From NCBI RefSeq assembly GCF_964355755.1, contig NC_092676.1, forward strand, positions 24,446,871-24,510,870: 64,000 nt of DNA, in the 5' to 3' direction. Below the pieces are notes generated by a model. It ran no database searches. It was given only the letters and a program-made list of their open reading frames with translations, and was not told where the DNA came from. This DNA comes from Antedon mediterranea. Taxonomy: Eukaryota > Animalia > Echinodermata. Shown in pieces: positions 48,004-63,000 of the stretch (positions within the stretch are counted from its first letter, which is position 1; every line of letters begins with the position of its first letter). A program made the position numbers and the translations under genes.

Positions 48004-51000
48004 TCACCTTTTATCGACTTTTACCCATCCAAGTGTAAAGCAACAGCTTGTATTTTGGAAATTTTGGCCTAAGACGATGTTAGGTGCTTTATTATCTTGA
48101 AACGAATTAAATAATTTAAAACCAGCGGCTTCCACTGCTTTTAGTACACTGTACCAATAGCGAATCACTTCAGGGTTTGAGCCTCGGACCTCAAACCCAC
48201 TCCAGTGCAAATGAGCTGTAAAGACGATTTGCCCCACGCGGTTAATGCTGCCGTCTGCTATAATATTTTCCAATACTTTCCACTCGGAACTTTGTAGGTC
48301 AGCTCGAACAATATCAACCTGTTGAAAGAAGAAAAACACAAATGATTGATGCTATTAAAGCAGTTTTATGACATTATACACAATATAATATTTTCCACGA
48401 CTACTAACACTGCTGAACTGTCGAAAGTCGTGGAACTCTTATTGATGTTTTAGTGTTATTTCTTGTGTTCGTAGTGTGAAATAATTATTAATTTGAAATT
48501 CTTGAGACACAGCACAGTAAAATTCGTCACGGTGAACGATAAACCATTAACCTATTTTTCGTTAGAAGTTCATTTTCTCGTCTGAATGTAGGCCTGATTG
48601 TCGCCGACAGAAAAAGAAATAGTTTTCTTGAAATTGAATTTCAATAATCTTCTATAAATGAATACACTATAACATAAGATGTTATTATATCGTGTAACAA
48701 AACAGAATCCATAAAATAATATAATTTGTTTATAACGTAAAAATCTGGAATCTATTAAAATATCGCACTTGTTACAATACATAGTAGTTTCCTATTCTAC
48801 CAGTTTCCTGACGTAGCAGCCCGATAACAGCAAACATAAGGGGGTACATCATGCTGTTTACGTTACACATACTTCCTCAAATATACCTCTTAGGAATTAA
48901 TTACGCCAATGAGTGGCTGTCGCAAGAGGCCAAAAATTCAATGAAAATACTCATTGAAACGGGAAAATTGATTTATGTTTTCACGTATGTTCACAGAGGG
49001 ATTGGAATATACATTAGACGAACAAATAAATAATATGTATATAACATGATTTAAGCATTTTCAGAGTCTTATTGCCACAATTATGAATTTGTACCATTTG
49101 TTAAAGAGCAACGTGGGAATTTAAATAACTTAGTAATAATGCACTTGTTTCATTCATAAACTATTTTGTCATTTATATCATTTTGTAGTCTGGGTTCCAG
49201 ACGGAGTTTTGACTTAATATAGTAAAAAGATAAACATGTTGCCACATATGACGTTTCATACGTATACTACCTGAGCTTGTAAGCTCAGACCTTTCAGAAA
49301 AACATCGAAAAGTTTTGAAATAACTACAGACTTGGGGCAAGTCTAATCCCTTTGTTGCAAATTCGATATTCTGATTTCTTTAATCAGAGGCAATTTGAAA
49401 TAGTTTATCGACATTGTCATCAACTGCTGGATTTATTCTCTTAATTCTAACATGGATGATTGTAATTTAGAGATGCGTCTCTAAACGTTTTATCGATTTA
49501 TTTTTGGGTTGATCATCGATTTGTTGGGTGAATAAACACATTAACAGATTATAAGATTATCTTTGAAATCCGTAAAAACTTGTTCTAGATCTTATCTCAT
49601 GCAAAGGTACTTTAAGAATTACATAATAAAACGAATATACGACTACTTCATTACTCTCAGAAAGAGAAGGTTTCGAAGTACATGCGCATGCGCAACATAG
49701 ATCACATTGCTAATCGAAGCAGACGACGTATTTCTCGTTGAGTGATGTTTCTCGGGTTGTTTGGAGCTGATTTTCTCATCTGCGACGATAGGCCCATTAC
49801 TGGTAGGCATACTGTATGTCCACATATGGCATAACTACTTCAGTACCATAGGCACCGTCTGCAATACAGTGTCACACATTATATAGCCTATTTGAAAATT
49901 GTATTAAGTTAGGTAAAGATTATGTAGGCTTATGGCCTATCATACAGGGTGTCACATGTGACGCTATATTGTATATTTGCCTATATGACACCGATCTGAA
50001 CAACATTATTGTATACTACGTTTACCAAGGCAATCTAAAGCGTGGTTCCCAATAGCGACGCAACACAAGAACGTAACGCAACGCAAGTAAATTGACCAAT
50101 CACAAGCGATGGCTTATTCGCTTGTGATTGATAACTATCTATAACTTCGCTTGCCATTGGTTAAAACGCTTGCGTTGCGTTTACGTCCTTGCGTTACGTT
50201 ATAGTGGGAACCAAGCTTAACAACAGGACACTGAGCTCTCCTTGCCCAGATAGGAACTCGTAACAGTCCTTTGATTTTATATCTGGCTGCGACAAATACC
50301 AAGTTATACTGTACTATATAGTTCTCCTCAGTGCGCGGTGTCGGTTGAAGCGTGGTTCCCACTAGCGACGCAAGGACGTAACGCAACGCAAGTGAATTGA
50401 CCAATCACAAGCGATGGCTTATTCGCTTGTGATTGCTAACTATCTATAACTTCGCTTGTCATTGGTTAAAACGCTTGCGTTGCGTTTACGTCCTTGCGTT
50501 ACGTTCTAGTGGGAACCAAGCTTTAGGGGCTTTACTTGGAACTGATCATGTCGCAGCCACAGATAAACCCTTTGATTTCCGGAGCTCAACATCCTGTTGT
50601 TAGATTGATTTCCTTGGTTTAAACCCATAGTTCACATCAGCAGTGTTAGTCAGGGTCATAATGTGTTTAAAAACTCTTCAGATATTTGTTCTAATTTGTT
50701 AACATGAGGTTATTATAGATAGAGTTTTCCCCCAGGGAAATACATTGACACGTTCACATGGCACTAGGGACTATTTTCGTTTGTATACTTTATTGGGGTT
50801 CGTAATGTTAATCTGGCCGCCGGGTAGACACATGGAAAAAGGCACAATTACAGTCTGTAGGGATAGCTGGATGAAGGTAAAGAAAGACGATGTACAAAAA
50901 TGATACACATTGAATTGCTACTGTATTTTAAAATAAACGACTACGTTTAAAAACATTCTTAAAGGTTATGAACTTAGCATTTTTATGAAATGTTATTAGG

Positions 51001-54000
51001 GCCTACACACAAATATGTCCCTTGGGAACATTTAAAACTCATATAAGGTACAATGTCGACTTGTCTGTCACTAAGCATAGATTGAAGATAAGGGTTTATT
51101 AATATTTAATTGCGACAGGGCCACGAAATGTTAAATTTATCTGTGGATTTATTGCTTATAGCAAAAAATCTGATGAAGATTTAATCAACAATGTTTAACA
51201 AAATCTATGGCACGTCATAAAAATGGCTGATGTTTTACTTTTGCTTGAACTTGTGACTACAATATTATATTGATAAACGGGAAGACAAGGCTTTGCCCTT
51301 GACACCTGTCGTAAACAGACATGGACCCGGATAACAGCAAAAACTGCACATGTTATCCGAACTACCGGCATAAGACATATCTATTATGACAAAAACAGGA
51401 GGTTACTACAAGTTCAGTAAGCATCTGTATGAAAACGTCATTTATCATTTTCATTTGTCACCGCTGGTCCTGCAAAGTAAAGGCCGTTTGAAACAAAATG
51501 TTTAAGGCTCTGTGTACACTATCAAACTTTGATGTGACAAAAAAATGTGGATGTGTCCATATAATTATGGATATGATGATGTCATATCACTACCATATTT
51601 GGGCATATCACTATCATATTTGGGCACATTTTTTTGACTAGTTTGATAGTACAGACAGAGCTTAACGCATTTACCAACACAGCATAATAGTCAGTGATTA
51701 AATATAGGCCCTACTAACTAACCTGTTCGTGACCGAGTTCCTTCATTATAGTGGTGAGCCGCCGTGATTGGCGTGTCTTTGCGGACGGTCTGCTAGGCCT
51801 ACTTAGCTTCACAAGAGATTCTCTCCAGTCCAAAGTTACTGAATGCGTGTGGATGTTTTTAAGATCAGGTGCATGGATTGATGTTTTCGACGACGGATCA
51901 AACACGTGTACTTCGTATCCTTGCCTCGCCAAATCGATTTCAATTCTGCCTTGGTATATTACTGGCCTGGTAGTACAATAAAGAAAATGTAAAAATACAC
52001 TTTGACAGACATCTCCTATGGCACGCATAGTCAACAACAGTGAAGCCCTAAACGTAAAACCAACGCAAGGACGTAAACGCAACGCATGAGTGTTGACCAA
52101 TGACAATCGATAGTTCGAATATTCCATCGCTTTGTGATTGGTCAAATTCCTTGCGTTGCGTCAAGTGGGAACCAAGCTTTAATGAGTGTTTCTAATGCTT
52201 GGTTCCTGCTAGAGACGCAACACAAAAACGTAACGCAAGCGATGTATTATTCAAACTGTCGCTTTCGTCCTGCCAAGCTTTAATGAGTGTTTCTAATGCT
52301 TGGTTCTCACTAGGGCCGCAACACAAAAACGTAACGCAACGTAAATGAGTTGACCAATCATAAGCGATGGATTATTCGAACTGTCACCGTCGTCCTTGTG
52401 TTGCGATCAGTGGGAACCAAGCTTTAATGAGTGTTTTTTCAGAGGAGGTGTTGTTTTAACAATCATTCAATGTTTATTTAAAAAGTTGAACTGCCAGGTA
52501 TCTGCAGGATGAAAAAGAATTCTTCAAAACCTACCCAAACGAATAGACGATACATTTTCTGTTTCCACATTTCACTTGATGACCAGTATCCTGGCACACT
52601 TTCCAAGCCCAGTCTTGAGAGCTCCCTTTGAGAGCACCAGGACTTTTTAGTTTTTCGCACTGAATCTAAGAACAGAAAAATAACACGTGACTAAGTATTA
52701 TATCAATCAATACTTAAACTTGGTTTCCACTAAGGACGTTACGACGTAGGCACAACGCAAGTGATTTTACCAATTACAAGGGACAGTTCGGATGATCCAT
52801 CGCGTCGTGATTGGTCAAATTACTTGCGTTGCTCTTGCGCCCTTACGTTGCGTCCAAGTAGGAACCAATATTTAAAGTTAGACTATCTATAGAGATTAAC
52901 AAAAACATAAAAACGATCGATCATGATAAAAAAAAAAGAAAATAGATCAATGTTATTTCATTGCATTGTTATAAGTAGATCAAACTTTTTCTTTTGTCTT
53001 TTCTGTTTTTGTCTTTTCTAAATTTGTTATTGAGGATCGACCCCATTGGAAATAAGTCCCATATCGGGACTTTCATGCATGAGCTATCCTGCATCTCTGT
53101 AGGCCTATCTGTCTTTTAAAATTGTATATATATATATATTGTATCATAAACTGTGCATGTTTTTTTAATGAGATGCAAATAAATCAAATCAACTGGCCCA
53201 ATTTTGTGGACAAAACATTCAATATTATTTCAAGGATTTCAATTTGAATACCTCGAGCCACAGATTGAGTTTGGCGACATTATATCTGTAGGTAGATTTG
53301 GTAATTTAAGATAGCAAAATAATCATAAGCCAGCATCGCCTTAATAACACACAGGAGTTCATCAGCTAATGGATTGGCGATCGATCAATAATCTAGCCTA
53401 CATTTTTATATGAATTGGTAATACTAATAAGAATGGTAGTGGACGAAAATGATGATGAAATTGCTTAGATGAGCATTATTCGACATGATGATGACGGTGG
53501 TGGCATGATGATGATGGTGGCATGATGGTGGCGGCATGATGATGATGGTTGCATGATGATGAAGATGGTGGCATGATGATAAAAATACAACGAAAACGAT
53601 GATGACAACAATGATAATGATGAAAAAGACTAATACCATCTGACACGAAATATTTTTAATTTCCTTTTTTGTTTCGAACAAGGGGCCTAAATCTTCCGCT
53701 CATGGATGCTGAGGTAACATGATGACCCGTTCGAGTAGACCCGTAGGCCTACTCGTTGCCCAGCAGGAAAGAGAGACTTATATTATAATAATAAAATCTC
53801 TGATATGATCGTTCTTTTTACTTAGTCAGAAAGTCAATGAGCAATGACATTTTCTATTTTCTTGGACAATAAAAGAATATTGTATTGAAGTGTATTTTTT
53901 TTATTATTTATGAATTATGCATTACATTTGTACTTTTAATTGTTTTAATTGGATTGAAATAATTGCCTTTAAAAATATTATGGTTATGACGACAATGAAT

Positions 54001-57000
54001 GTTACGACAAAATTAAATTGTACAAATTAAGAATTCATCTTACTTGTGGGTTTGAGATATATTCAACAAATCGTTGAGCCTCTGCTTGGAATGTGTGGTT
54101 TTCTGACGCCCATCTCTGCATGTGTAACATCGCCTTCGGTGCTTTATCCGTCTGTGAACATACAGGTTGACAATACTAAATTAAGTCATAATTAGACGCA
54201 TAATAAAAAATACCATGGGCGTCCTCAACATTAATGTGAACCATGTTATTATGTGACATATGGCTTTTTATATACATTCAATTGCTGTACTGTAACACAC
54301 ATTCATCACACCCGATTCTCGTATCACGTCATGTGTACTGACAATACACAGCCACGCAGTTTCTTGTTCTAAAGCTCTGTCTACACTGACAAGTACAAAA
54401 AAGTATGATGTGCCCAAATATGGTAGTGATATGCCTATTATATGGTAGTGATATGACATCATCATGTCCATATATGGGCACATCATACTTTTTATCACAT
54501 TTGATAGTGTAGACAGAGCTTTAGACATGACGGTGACACATGCGCGGACACATCAACAACAATGCCAAGAAAAAACAATAAACCTGCTAGAATTAAGCTT
54601 ATTTTAAAACATTTCAAACCTTGCAAGTCAAAAAAAAAAAGGAAACATTATTCCCACTTGTAATCGATATTCTGCGACATCTACTTTAATCTTAAGTCAC
54701 ATATGTACATACTAGACAGACATGAACAGATAAATTATTTAAACCTAGTATAAATCAATTAAATAAAGAACGGTAAGTGAAAGTTGTCAATAACGATTTT
54801 TGACAGTAATGATCTGACTGCTTCTATCTCCGTGACAGCTGTATCGATCTTGTATAAGGTAACTGAGTATTATGATACGGTAAATAGCAATTTAGCCTCT
54901 ATAATTAAAGAATGTAGTGACTGTAAATAATTTAATGGCCCCTAGTGCATGGATTACAAGCGTGACGCGCACAACCCAATAATGTGCGTTTTTTTTCTTC
55001 AGATTCAGAATAGCACAAGACGAGTTTCGACAACTCGGTTATTTCACGTTTGATTCGTGATGATTATTTTCGTAATTAATGTAATAAATGGAAATGATTG
55101 AAATATAATACTATGCCTATACTTTCGATTTAAATTTAGTTCAGTACCTTATTTGGGGTGTGGTATTTGTCTCATGCAATAGGTTCTAACCATAGAGATA
55201 TTATAGTGAACAATATCTCTATGTTCTAGCTAAGGAAAACACCTACTGATGAAGACCCGTATCTTCATCAGTATAGAAACATGATGATGAAGAGATCTGG
55301 TCGTTCATTTACTTTACATTATGTGCAGTACTGTAATATTAGAAATATGAGTAAGTAGGCTTATTTTAAAATATTCGATACAGACGAGATTGCAAAGCCT
55401 GAGGAAGGTTTCATAATGAATATTCACAATGCCATAACCCAATTCATAAACTTTCTTTTTATTAGCAATTTCTTTGAAAATTTGTCCTTTGAATTTGGTA
55501 AATTTTTATTTTGAATATTGAATATTATTCTGTGTTTTATACAGAATATAAAAACACAGAAATGGCGGTCACTCTAGGTATGACATTATACAGTATAGTA
55601 GACTGTTAATGCGCTAGAGAGCCAAACGAATAAAAACGCATGACGTTCGGTCGCTGTTTCACGCTGTGACGTCATGCTTCCAGTCAATCGCGTGCTGAGC
55701 GGGCAATTTGGGCACACAGTGTTCGTAAGTTTTCTCATGGCCTGTGCTATTGAAAAATCACACTTTCAGGTAATAGAAAATGCTACACAGGATGGCAAAG
55801 AGCTATTATACGTAGCCTACCTGTATATTATAAGTCATTATATTGAGTCGGTCAGATATGGCGCGCCATAGTATGAACCAGGGAGTTACAACTCGAATTA
55901 GGACTCAGTGTTACCTACTGCTTGACAGCAATGCCAACCTGACAATCAGGCCTATTGTGGGCTGATTATCTTACTATTTTTAACTACTATAATCAGCATT
56001 ATCTTTTACAAATAAATTAAATAAATTAAATATAACCGTGACTAATTGCTGCATAAACATGTGTGTTTTGACTAGGTAATTGAAAGTATAGCCATATCAG
56101 TGGGTTGTTGGACATTATATACTGGACTCACATCTGCTTAACACATGCTAAATTATTTCGGCACCTTCATACCCCAGGCTACCATTATTCTTAATAGCTT
56201 TCATGACAAATACTCCCCCAAAGGTTATTAACAAGTACCCTTTTAATTAACCCTATCCCCGCGGTAAATGCTTTAAAAGTAAAACACATTAATTTTAGTG
56301 TTCGAACGACGTGCTATATCGTTTTGTAGGCATAATCGTTAAGCTTTGTATTTGATGGAAAATTTTAGTATTAGTAGCGGTGCATATTCAACTCATTATA
56401 GATATCAATATATTAAAAAAGGCTATGGTTTCGTGTATGTATTAATATTATATAACCAATACAGGAAATGTGGGCAGACTATTTGTTAATAAAAGTAGGG
56501 AAGTGGTAAACCACTCTTGAAATTTACACCTGTTTAGCATAGGGTGTTTCTTAAAGCAAACAAAAAAACAAAACAAAAAACAACAAAAACAAAAAACAAC
56601 AACATGACATGACTACCTATACATTTTTTCTCTCTATCGAGAACAAAAAAAAAAGAAATCGAGAAGACGGCTTGACTGGAAAAACGGTGACGAACGGTTT
56701 GGTACAGGCTGAGGAATAATACATAAAAAAATAATACAATTCTACGGTATGTCAGAATAATAAAGGAACAATTGTTACCGTAGGCCTACATCATCATCCA
56801 CGATTTTAAATATTCGGTTCACACTGTAAGCCCATTCCATTACATTTTTTTAAAAAGGCCGGTGTTATTATGAAATTGAACGCATTAGGTCTAAATGTTT
56901 GTCACCTCCAAATGAGATTTTATTAAATGTGAGAAAATAAATTAGCGACGAAATGGACTAGAAAGAAGACAAGAAAAAAATCATTTCAACCCTATATCAC

Positions 57001-60000
57001 AAGGACAATGAACTGTAGTTTCAATATTCCGAATCACATTCCATTTGCACCAACTGGCGACAATTGCCACGGTCACGTGCGTACGCTGTGCCAAGGTTAG
57101 GGAAAAGTTGTAATTGAGAGGCATTCTATTTTCTTTCGGATATTGTCGGCATGTTATTCTTAGCGTATGCCTCGGGGCGTTCCATACGAAATATAATAGT
57201 AAGCATAGTGACCGCTTATTAAAGCACGTTATGGGTGTTACATTGTTGCTAATTTTTACCAAAGGCCCTAAAATGCTTAAGCCTTTTACAACATATGGTT
57301 ACGCGCGAATTATTGAATATTATTTTTAAGACAATCGTGTTAGTATGGTAATCAACGACAATACGATAAACGAGTAGGCCTAGACACTATACCCAACGTT
57401 GATATTATGTTGGTGTGGGAGAGCTTAAGTTTTCACTTTGACTTTGTATTCAGCACTTATCAACTACTAAGGCTACACAACGTTGATATTATTATCCTCT
57501 TTGATTTTTTCCAGCACTAAGGCTAGAATTTGAATAACCAAATAACCTCAAATCGTAATAATGAATACGATAATGGAAATTGGACAGACATTATTTTATT
57601 CATCATAGCAAACTGTTGATTTTTGCTTTTGGCATATTGAACCAATGAACTCAGGTGGCAAACACAAAATCGTTTATCTATATCGAATATTACTTCCTTT
57701 AACAATTAACAGTTTCCTAAATCACATAACGTCCAGACAAGTAGTCAATAAATAGAGATAGAGCCAATGTTAAAATGTCTTCAAACATTAATAAGGGTGA
57801 ATCTAAGATTTTTCGAAAAGGAGGATAGGTAGAACACTAAATAGAGTAGGCCCTAAATGGGTGGAAAGACTGTGCACGTCAGATTACGCCACGGTTCCCA
57901 CTAGCGACGCAACGCAATACAGCACTTTGCGTCAATACGTCGTTGAGTTGCGTCCTAGAGTGGGAACCACGATTTATGGGTTGCGTTACGTTGCGTCGGG
58001 TATTCGATGAGCCTCTTCCCCGTCTTATATTCTATGTAGTATGTTCGTTCGACCTCATTGGACTTGGTATCAACTTAGCAAGGTAAGACGAATGTCAAAA
58101 GAATTATATTAATTATATTGCACAATCACTCTCCATACCGTAGGCCTACTCTCCATATACCAGTACTACAAATCCTAATGTGACAACGAAAAACAGGAAA
58201 TTCGGAGTTGTCACATAATATTAAAATAAGAAATGAATAAAAATGTAGCCTAATTTAAAAGTACATGGTAACCACAGCATACAGCAAACGTCATGGCTAA
58301 ATTTAAGTACATGTCTATGGTGTCAGGAATGAAAGTGATAGATGCGGATCCTCCCATCAGGGGGCAGCTTCTAATTGCGCGGTATGAATTCAACTTTGTG
58401 CGATGAACTACAGTTGACACGCCTTGGTGTTTGTAATTACACGAAAACGAATGATGATCAGGCTCTACTTGTGTGAATGATAATATGCCAGACATTTTGT
58501 TATGAATATATTGAGTTACAGTTTTGGAATTAACTCAGCTAGCGTAACTGATTCTTTGTGATAAAATATTCAAAATTACAATGGAGATTGTTAGGAGATT
58601 GACTAAAACATCGTCTACAAATTGCAGTCGCAAACGTATATTTGATTAAAGTTATCACCTTGATATTAAAATGTTAATATTGTTTAAAATTCATATAAAA
58701 AAATCACGACGACATAATTCGTAGTCATAGGCAACGAGTGCAGCATATACAGTTTGTAGGCCTATTCTTTTTTTTTATTTCGGAAATATCTCATTATATT
58801 AAAAACTCTAATAAGAAAAAATCTTATCACTTAAAAACTCTAAGTAAGACTGAGGTTGTCAATATATAAAAAAACAGTACGGTACTTAATTCTCCACCTA
58901 TAATATTGTTAATTTTAGAGTCAAGAAGCATATTTACCAACACCTGAAGGAAACAAGAATAGAAACAGCCTGGAACAAACGAGAGGCATAAAGTACTCTT
59001 TTGTAGGTTCTAACTACCGTCATGGTGCACCCCTAAGGGGACCCTTTGTAGCGTCCATGTAAATAGAGAGAGACATATATGAGGTGCTCCTGCACTTTCG
59101 ACTGATTTCTTTCAAAAGTACAGAACTTTAAGGTACTAAGAATCAACAATGATCGATGTATTCGGCCTCCTAAAACACAAATGGTATAATTAAATAACCC
59201 AATTAAGTTTTAAACCAGGAAAGTATCATAACTCTGCTTTAATAAGTATGAGAACTACTATAATATGGCTACTGTATTGGTGTTAAAACGTTTAGCACAG
59301 GTCTGTCGTCATGAAAGTTAAAGACATTCTTCCCCAAAAAGCATCCATGCGATTTTCTATGACGATAAATCAATTTAACCGTTGATGGATTTTGAGGTCG
59401 ACCTTCGTAATAATAGGATATGAATTATGGTAATACACTATGCAGGTAATAACCTGTAACTGACAAGACAGGTCCAAAACGGTTATGATAATAAAGACCC
59501 GTATTCATCTCGGTAAATCGCCAATCATCCGTTAACACAATACGATTAATCGACACTATTTCACAATAATAAGGATAACAAAACTCCGCGAAAGGAAATT
59601 TGTCAAAATTACCATTTAACAGAATATAACTAATACAGGACCAAAACGTTTTGCACGATTTGCAAAATGCATTTCATAAATTATATACCGAACAAAACGT
59701 GGTATTGAAATTTAAGTTTGCAAAATGCATTTGTTTATAAATAATAAACCGTGCAGAACGTGGTATTGAAATCAAATTCAAGTTTGCAATATGTATTTTA
59801 TAAACAATATACCGAGCATAACGTGTTAAATCAAATTCAAATTTGCAATAGGCCTATGTGGTTTATAAATAAATATACCGAACATAACGTGGTAATTCAA
59901 ATTCAAATTTGCAAAATTCATGTTTTCATAAATAATTAATACCGTTATTCAATAATCGTACCTATCTCTTGCGGATCCTTAATATTAGAGGTATACTGAG

Positions 60001-63000
60001 GTAGGCCTTTATATTATTATACAGCAATATTATTATGCAGCTATATTTCAATTTTCATACTTGCTTGAAAATGGTATGCTACTCTTACTCTATCTATTAT
60101 CAAATCGGTTCCGGTTCGCGAACAGTCTTCTTGTTGTAAGTGTGTTGAAGTCAATAGGAAACTAAAGCCGCAATTGTTGCAACTGATCTTTCTGGTCTTT
60201 GACTATTAAATGCCTTTATCACCTGGTAAACTATAGTTGTATGATTTTTCATTTTGATGTATAAGTCCTTTCATTCAAAATGAACAATCATCGTATACTT
60301 TAAAACACTTAACGGATTAAGAATTGTTCCATACACGTTAACAACACATACTTAACTCAATTCCTAACCCTTGGTAACAAACATACAAGCTGGCCTCATA
60401 CCATATAGTTTTTACCGGTGGTGTGCACTTGCTTGGGGTGCCAAAATGCACACCCATGCACCTAGTCTAGGTTCTAGACGAGAGTTTTGACTTAATATTA
60501 GTAAAAAGATATATGGCGTTTCATACATACTTGTGTGTAAGTTCGTAAACTGTTTCAGAAAAAAAATCGAAAAGCCGACACAGTGGTGGACTAATATAAA
60601 AGACAATAACTACAAACTTTTTTCGACGACCACCATTAGAGCCTATTACGTCCCACACGTATCTCTTTCTACACCTGCTGTTCCGACAGGCACCTGTACA
60701 CGTCACTCTCCATTTAAAATAAAACACAACATTAATACGAACAGAAGATACATTTGAGGTCAGTCAGGTCAGCCTTCCCAAATGATCAGCTTCAATAAAT
60801 ATATTTACACAGCATGAATATTATAACATTTGTATCTGCACAAGTATAAATAGACAATCCTTGTTTCATACACAGGTATGTTATAATTGTGTTTAAAAAA
60901 AGATATCGACAATTAGGATCGTATACTGGTTAAAGCATTGATAAAAATAAGAAATGCATGATTTGATGGAAATAACTCGACAATCCTATAGATCGACAAG
61001 GGCCGCAATAACCTCGTCTGAACAGCCATCAAGACCGATGTACAGTAGTATACTGTAACAATGTGTTTTAACGACACGTCTACGTTTAGAATAATATGGT
61101 AAGTTTGACAATACATTTTGTCAACACAATTAAGTCATGTAAACATGTCTGAATAGAAACGTAAACACAACTGAATTGGTATTATTTAATTAAATATAAT
61201 TTATTTACACAAAGTCAGATATGGCAAACAGTGATGCAGTAATATTAATAAACATTGCATTAAAATTAATATATAGCGGACAAAATATATGAATCATAGG
61301 TGCTAATCACGTATCGACCAGTGTAAATGCACTCCCTTGATTCGTTAACCCTGGTTAATCTGGTTAACCCTGGTTAATCCAACTTTAACTAATAATTCAA
61401 GCATGGAGGTATCTTTTTTATACCTCCATGATCCAAGAGTAGGCTAACGGTAAAAATAGAGCCTCAATATTGTTAACGTTTAAAAGAAATCGGTAAAGAA
61501 CATCGCGTTCTTTATCAAATACGGATACTGTAAATGTGTGTTGTTTTTTAATACACATGGCTTTGATGATTTTCAAACTTCATTTTATGATTATAAAATC
61601 ATTATTTATATTGTATAACCCATACGTTGTGACACCCTATTCAGGGAACACGTGTCTGGTAAAAGGAATAAGGGGAAATATACGGTATGTCGACTTAACA
61701 CTGTATGTTTTGATGTCCCCGTAATAGAGGTTGTATAATGTATATTATTACATGGGGTGTCCCCGTAGAGGTTGCAATGTATTATTACATGGGGTGTCCC
61801 CGTAGAGGTTGCAATGTATTATTACATGGGGTGTCCCCGTTGAGGTTGCAATGTATTATTACATGGGGTGTCCCCGTTGAGGTTGCAATGTATTATTACA
61901 TGGGGTGTCCCCGTAGAGGTTGCAATGTATATTATTACATGGGGTGTCCCCGTAGAGGTTGTAATGTATTATTACACGGGGTGTCCCCGTAGAGGTTGCA
62001 ATGTATTATTACATGGGGTGTCCCCGTAGAGGTTGCAATGTATATTATTACATGGGGTGTCCCCGTAGAGGTTGCAATGTATTATTACATGGGGTGTCCC
62101 CGTAGAGGTTGCAATGTATTATTACATGGGGTGTCCCCGTAGAGGTTGCAATGTATTATTACATAACGTAACTATATAGTGCTCACTGTTGGGTTTGTAT
62201 TTTACAATTCATCTATTTTGTATGCAAAAAGTGCTTCGAGACACAGCCATGGCCAGCATAAAACTTGTACTGCTAAAGGATACACATACACCCATATGAC
62301 AGCAGACAGGGATTTCACAACGTCTTAAAAATTAGATCATTAATTAATGTGTTTCCGTATGTAGCGGACGTGCCGTTTCTGGAAGTTACAGATACTCTGT
62401 TCAACAACAACATAACACTGACTATGTTTTTTAATGCAGAACATACGGTAACATGTATATTGCATGTATACTGCGCGGTTTTTTTTTTATGAATAACAAA
62501 TTTTATACGAAACACTGTCTATCTATCTAGGCCTATGTAAGTTTTTATGTGGTGCTCTACAAAGAACAGAGCGCCTAACAATACTAGCATTATCAATTTA
62601 AAAGAAAAGTTTGACATTTAAATAGAGGTGCCTTTCATAACAACACATGGTAACACTATACTGAGAACAAGAACATACAAATACGAGTACTGTTTTAATT
62701 TTTTTTCTTCAAAACTTGTATATCGGTTAATAATAATGTATGACAAGTCCCCTTCAGTTTACATGTGTGTGGGGCATGAATTTTGTCTAACATTAATATA
62801 AACAAGATTTAATATAATTATGAAAATATGATTTAATTATTTGTGCACGTAAATACAGGAATTAAAGGGAAACTGTCAGGACTTAACAAAGTGTCCCCTT
62901 ATTAGTGTAAAACATTTCCCCTGTTCGTTTAACATGAAAGTGACCCATGAATAGGGATGTCCTGAAGGAGCTTCTGCTGTTCAAGTTTCTGCATAATCTT

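Noticed and set aside
50135-52145. ORFs with NALRLRPCV/LALRYVLASLVGT-like peptides
   Set aside because: They are translations of MITE family B. Only 51723-51966 is a real (METTL24) exon.
53424-53681. His-rich hydrophobic 85-aa ORF
   Set aside because: It is a translation of a (GAT)n microsatellite in a METTL24 intron.
61714-62164. CRISPR-like or coding interpretation of the 34/36-bp array (and of the 45-bp array)
   Set aside because: The units are contiguous with no unique spacers, there are no cas genes, and the context is a eukaryotic intron. These are minisatellites.
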